A DNA stretch of 64,000 bases, from contig CAVSWO010000002.1 in NCBI GenBank assembly GCA_963731735.1, forward strand, positions 402,891-466,890, read 5' to 3'. The notes under the pieces were generated by a model. It saw nothing but the letters and a program-made list of their open reading frames with translations, had not been told where the DNA came from and did not search any database. The DNA comes from Candidatus Kerfeldbacteria bacterium (GTDB lineage: Bacteria > Patescibacteriota > Patescibacteriia > SBBC01 > CAIJZX01). This document shows, piece after piece, positions 59,997-64,000 of this stretch. Numbering within the stretch: the first letter of the stretch is position 1; each line of letters opens with the position of its first letter. Made by a program: the position numbers and the translations under genes.

Positions 59997-62228
59997 ATGG
60001 CATCATCCGAACGCTCCCGACGCTCGCGCCGACGCGCTGAGCGCGAACAACCCGAAGCCACTCCGGCTGCGCCAATCGTTAGTCCCGAAACGCGACACGC
60101 GGTCGTGATTGTGGTGCTACTGACGGTGGCCGCGGTTGGGCTGTTGAGTGTTTTTGGATTTGCTGGAGTCATGGGCGAGGCCATCAGTAACGGCCTGGGC
60201 GTGTTGTTTGGTTGGCAGCGGTTTGTGATTCCGGTCTACATTGCGGTGATTGGATTTTTACTGCTGTTTCCGGAACGATTTCACCTTGGTCGGGGACGGT
60301 GGTTTGGCTTTGTGCTCTGGCTGCTGACCAGTGAAGCGCTGCTACACTACTCGATTTCCAATGATCAGGCTTTTCCGCAAGCTTTGCTCGGCGAAGGGGG
60401 CGGATATCTCGGAGCGTTGATGAGTTATCCGTTGCGCAGCGCACTCGGCGTCTGGGCCTCCGGGTTACTTTTCTTTGGGCTGTTGCTGACCAGCCTGATG
60501 GTTATGTTCAATTCCAGCCTGGCGAACTTGGCGCGATCGGGCACGGTATTCGGACGCTGGATGCAACGTTGGCAAACCGCTCGCTGGGATCGGAAATTGG
60601 AAAAGCAGCAGGCGCAGACGGCCGAAGATGAGTCCGAAGCTGATGGAGAACCCGTCGCTCCCGAATTTGCACAACGTGAAATCGCTAAAGCGGAGGCTGA
60701 CGAAGAGCCGGATGAAGAAATCGTGGTGGCGCCGTCGAAACCAAAAAAGCGGCCGCGCCAAGAAATTTCACTCCCGATCGATTTACTGGAACCGAGCACC
60801 GGTAAGCCAACCAGCGGCAATATCGAGGCCAACAAGGAAAAAATTCAACGCACCCTTGAGACCTTTGGAATTAGTGTTGCGATGGATGAAGTCAACGTCG
60901 GTCCAACCGTCACGCAATTCACCTTGAAGCCGGCTGAGGGAGTAAAACTTTCGCAGATCACATCGCTCAATAATGATTTGGCCCTGGCCTTAGCGGCGCA
61001 CCCAATTCGCATTGAAGCACCAATTCCCGGGAAGTCCTTAGTCGGTATTGAAGTGCCAAATCAAAGCGTGGCGATCGTTCAACTGCGCGAAATCCTGGCC
61101 TCAGAGGCCTTCAAGCAGCGTAATTCCGATTTGACGTTCAGTCTCGGGAAGGACGTCAGCGGGCGGCCATGGGTCGCTAACCTGGATCCGTTGCCGCACT
61201 TACTGGTGGCCGGTGCGACCGGCTCGGGTAAATCAGTTTTGATTAATGATTTACTGATCAGCTTGCTCTACGCGAATTCACCGGATGACTTAAAATTTAT
61301 TTTGGTCGACCCGAAGCGAGTGGAGTTGTCGTTATATAACGGTATCCCGCACTTGATGACCCCGGTGATTACCGATACCACGAAAACGATCAACGCCCTG
61401 CGCTGGATCGTCGGAGAAATGGATCGTCGATACGCCGTATTACAACAAGCCGGCAAGCGCAACATTGCGTCGTATCGGAAGGAAGTCAGCGATGATATGC
61501 CGTACCTGGTGCTGGTGATTGATGAGTTAGCCGATCTGATGGCCGTGGCCGCCAACGAAGTCGAAGCGGCGATTGTCCGGCTAGCCCAAATGGCCCGAGC
61601 GGTTGGTATTCACCTGGTACTAGCCACCCAGCGCCCATCCGTCGATGTCATCACCGGTTTAATTAAAGCCAATGTGACGGCCCGGATTGCCTTTAGCGTC
61701 GCCTCACAAATTGATTCGCGGACAATTCTGGACACCAGCGGCGCCGAAAAACTCCTCGGCCGCGGCGACATGCTGTTTGTGTCTTCGGATTTGAGTAAAC
61801 CCAAACGCCTGCAAGCGGCTTACGTTTCGGAAAAAGAAGTTGAACGGGTAGCCCAATTCCTCAAATCCCGCGGCCGGCCGGATTACCTACACGACGTTGT
61901 TGAAAAACCGGCGCCGGCCATCGGGCAGAGCATGGAGGATCTGGGCGACGATGAATTACTGCCGCAAGCGAAAGAAGTTATCCTCCAAGCGGATAAGGCC
62001 TCTGCATCATTGCTCCAGCGACGATTACGGGTGGGGTATGCCCGGGCCGCTCGGATTCTCGATTTGCTTGAAGAGGAGGGATTCATCGGGCCAGGCGAAG
62101 GCGCTAAACCGCGTGAAGTCCTTGGCCACCGATCAATGGATTCCCAGCCGTCGGCGGACATGCCGCCAGACACGGCGGCCGATTCGGATCCGGATGAAAC
62201 CACCGACGAATACGACGAGACCGCATGA
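59997..62228 (+). CDS. ftsK: FtsK/SpoIIIE DNA translocase
   Basis: N-terminal TM region, GATGSGKS, IDELADL, gamma domain SLLQRRLRVGYARAAR. Confidence 0.96.
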   Translation: MASSERSRRSRRRAEREQPEATPAAPIVSPETRHAVVIVVLLTVAAVGLLSVFGFAGVMGEAISNGLGVLFGWQRFVIPVYIAVIGFLLLFPERFHLGRGRWFGFVLWLLTSEALLHYSISNDQAFPQALLGEGGGYLGALMSYPLRSALGVWASGLLFFGLLLTSLMVMFNSSLANLARSGTVFGRWMQRWQTARWDRKLEKQQAQTAEDESEADGEPVAPEFAQREIAKAEADEEPDEEIVVAPSKPKKRPRQEISLPIDLLEPSTGKPTSGNIEANKEKIQRTLETFGISVAMDEVNVGPTVTQFTLKPAEGVKLSQITSLNNDLALALAAHPIRIEAPIPGKSLVGIEVPNQSVAIVQLREILASEAFKQRNSDLTFSLGKDVSGRPWVANLDPLPHLLVAGATGSGKSVLINDLLISLLYANSPDDLKFILVDPKRVELSLYNGIPHLMTPVITDTTKTINALRWIVGEMDRRYAVLQQAGKRNIASYRKEVSDDMPYLVLVIDELADLMAVAANEVEAAIVRLAQMARAVGIHLVLATQRPSVDVITGLIKANVTARIAFSVASQIDSRTILDTSGAEKLLGRGDMLFVSSDLSKPKRLQAAYVSEKEVERVAQFLKSRGRPDYLHDVVEKPAPAIGQSMEDLGDDELLPQAKEVILQADKASASLLQRRLRVGYARAARILDLLEEEGFIGPGEGAKPREVLGHRSMDSQPSADMPPDTAADSDPDETTDEYDETA

Positions 62229-62896
62229 GTTTTCAGCGCCGTGAATTACAAGGGCCAGCGACGCTGGGCCAGCGATTGCAGCAACTGCGCACAGAAGCCG
62301 GCTTGGCAGTCAATGATGTAGCCGAGCGAATTCATGTTGCGCCGAAGTACCTTACGGCGATTGAAGAGGGACGGTACCAAGATCTTCCCGGCCACGTCTA
62401 TGCGCGCAATTTCATTAAAAAATATGTCGCTTTAGTCCAACTAGACGCCCAAGCCGCGATGGAAAAATTTGACGAGGAGTATGCGGTCATCACCTCCGCT
62501 CGGCCCGCCAGTCGACCATTGATGGCTCAACGGGCGAAGACGGAGCTTCCGTGGTGGCGACGGCATTTTCGTTTATTGATTGCCGGCGCCACTGTGGCAT
62601 TGGTGCTGGTTTACCTGGGTTTGCAAGTGGTCAACTTGTTTCGTCCGCCGGAATTGATTATCAGCCGTCCGGATCATGATATTACCACTACCCATCGATC
62701 GATTGAAGTTACGGGTAAAACAGATCCGACCGCCAGCGTTACGATTAACCGGCAAGCCGTCGAGGTGGCTGACGACGGGTCATTTGACGAGATGGTCGAT
62801 TTGCAAATTGGACTGAACACCTTACGCATTGCCGCCGCCAAACCGCGAAGTCAGGAACGAATTGTGACCCGACAGATTTTGGTTGAAGAGCAATAA
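62225..62896 (+). CDS. RodZ-like HTH-TM-Ig protein
   Basis: YLTAIEEG..LPG.VYARNFIKKY, TM helix, Ig-like C-terminus. Confidence 0.8.
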   Translation: MSFQRRELQGPATLGQRLQQLRTEAGLAVNDVAERIHVAPKYLTAIEEGRYQDLPGHVYARNFIKKYVALVQLDAQAAMEKFDEEYAVITSARPASRPLMAQRAKTELPWWRRHFRLLIAGATVALVLVYLGLQVVNLFRPPELIISRPDHDITTTHRSIEVTGKTDPTASVTINRQAVEVADDGSFDEMVDLQIGLNTLRIAAAKPRSQERIVTRQILVEEQ

Positions 62897-62954
62897 TGTA
62901 CGAATCGACAATCGGGGTGTAAACTTCAAGTATTACCTGGTAACTACTTGGCCC

Positions 62955-63332
62955 ATGATACATCAAGCACCCGTCGCGCCCGCCATTCCCGTGGTGGACA
63001 TGGAGCGCGCCAAAAAATTTTACCACGAGATGCTCGGTCTCGAGCTGGTTGAATCCCAGTCGATGGGTGGGGCAGTCTTTGCGGCTGGCGAAGGGACGAA
63101 GCTTTATCTGTATGAACGGGCGCCTTCAACGGCGGATCACACTCTAGCTGGATTTCAGGTGCAAGACATTGAAGAGGAGGTAGCTGACTTGTCGGCCAAG
63201 GGCGTGGAATTCTTAGAGTATGATACACCGCCAATTGTGACCGAAAACTCTATTGCGACGATTGGAAACCTGAAAGCGGCCTGGTTTAAGGACAGCGAGG
63301 GGAATATTCTGAGTATCAACCAGGCCAACTAA
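62955..63332 (+). CDS. VOC/glyoxalase family protein
   Basis: IPVVDMERAKKFY..LGL, AAWFKDSEGNIL. Confidence 0.9.
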   Translation: MIHQAPVAPAIPVVDMERAKKFYHEMLGLELVESQSMGGAVFAAGEGTKLYLYERAPSTADHTLAGFQVQDIEEEVADLSAKGVEFLEYDTPPIVTENSIATIGNLKAAWFKDSEGNILSINQAN

Positions 63333-63398
63333 CGGAAAATCAAAAAAAGAAAAAGGGAGAAACTGTATAGCTTCTCCCTAAACGTTTTCTGGAAAGTC

Positions 63399-63731
63399 CT
63401 ACTTCTGAACTACAACTGGCGGCAGCACATGTTGTCCCTCAAACAGCTTGGTGACCAGATAGTGTTCACCTGTGCTGTCGGGCACCACTGTGATCATCAG
63501 GCCGTGAAAGCCACCTTTCGGAACGACGTAGAGCGTGTCCCGGGACGCCAGCCGATACGGATGCTCGGGCAGGTTGGTTTCGTGGTAGGTCATGTTCCAC
63601 ACAGAACCTGCAACCAAGACCATCCCAAGGGTGACAAGAAAAGACACCAAGCCCTTCGAAGCTTGCGACCAAGCGAAAACAGTCGAAGCAATGATTGCGG
63701 CAACGCCCACACAAAGTAACGCAATCAACAT
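63399..63731 (-). CDS. Small membrane protein
   Basis: GGAGG SD, two TM segments. Confidence 0.6.
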   Translation of the reverse strand: MLIALLCVGVAAIIASTVFAWSQASKGLVSFLVTLGMVLVAGSVWNMTYHETNLPEHPYRLASRDTLYVVPKGGFHGLMITVVPDSTGEHYLVTKLFEGQHVLPPVVVQK

Positions 63732-63849
63732 TGATCCTCCACGGTTCAGGTTGAAAAACGAGCACTTTATTCTCTCTTGAACATTCCATATTTTCGTATC
63801 GAATGCTCGAGAGAAGCCAACTCACGGGCTGGCATTATCTCAAGGTGCG

Positions 63850-64000
63850 TTACTGCCGGAGCTGCAGCGTACGGATCTCCTGCGCGTACTCGCGCACGGC
63901 CTCCTCGTCGCCGCACATGTCGGCGATGTCGAGATCCTGCATGAGGTCAGCAGTCCGATTTTCACGGCACGCAGGACACTCTCCCGAGACGGCCACGCAG
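63850..64000 (-). CDS. Partial hypothetical CDS (5' end outside window)
   Basis: Frame ...CVAVSGECPACRENRTADLMQDLDIADMCGDEEAVREYAQEIRTLQLRQ*. Confidence 0.45.
   Translation of the reverse strand, partial: CVAVSGECPACRENRTADLMQDLDIADMCGDEEAVREYAQEIRTLQLRQ

Noticed and set aside
52788-62244. Antisense and alternate-frame ORFs inside rpoB, rpoC and ftsK
   Set aside because: Codon-bias shadows of long conserved genes.

Overview
Bacterial chromosomal segment (genetic code 11) that looks like a Patescibacteria/CPR genome. The supporting traits are a 23S rRNA with reduced variable helices and an intron, a 23S-5S unit with no 16S upstream, rpoBC without rplKAJL, minor pilins and many large surface proteins. 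Core genes: polA, holA, rpsT, uvrB, ruvA, a FemABX-family gene, a MurE-like ligase, rpoB, rpoC, ftsK and rmlB/D/A. RNA genes: 23S (772-nt group I intron at the E. coli ~1931 site, carrying a small non-endonuclease ORF), 5S, tRNA-Leu(TAG), tRNA-Arg(CCG) and a probable 6S RNA. An IS3-family element and a decayed AT-richer island lie next to tRNA-Arg. Most unusual signals: (1) a ~750-nt highly structured non-coding region where 16S would normally sit, between an rRNA-type promoter and 23S; (2) a promoter/terminator-bounded C-rich sRNA with eight CACC motifs, directly upstream of three tandem ~80-aa paralogs (fourth copy at 22.8-23.1 kb); (3) a gingipain-like protein with a T9SS/FlgD-like tail, followed by a tiny secreted TWGxVKxLY peptide; (4) many core genes appear leaderless while orphan genes carry GGAGG Shine-Dalgarno sites. 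All calls are from visual inspection; no searches or folding programs were run.
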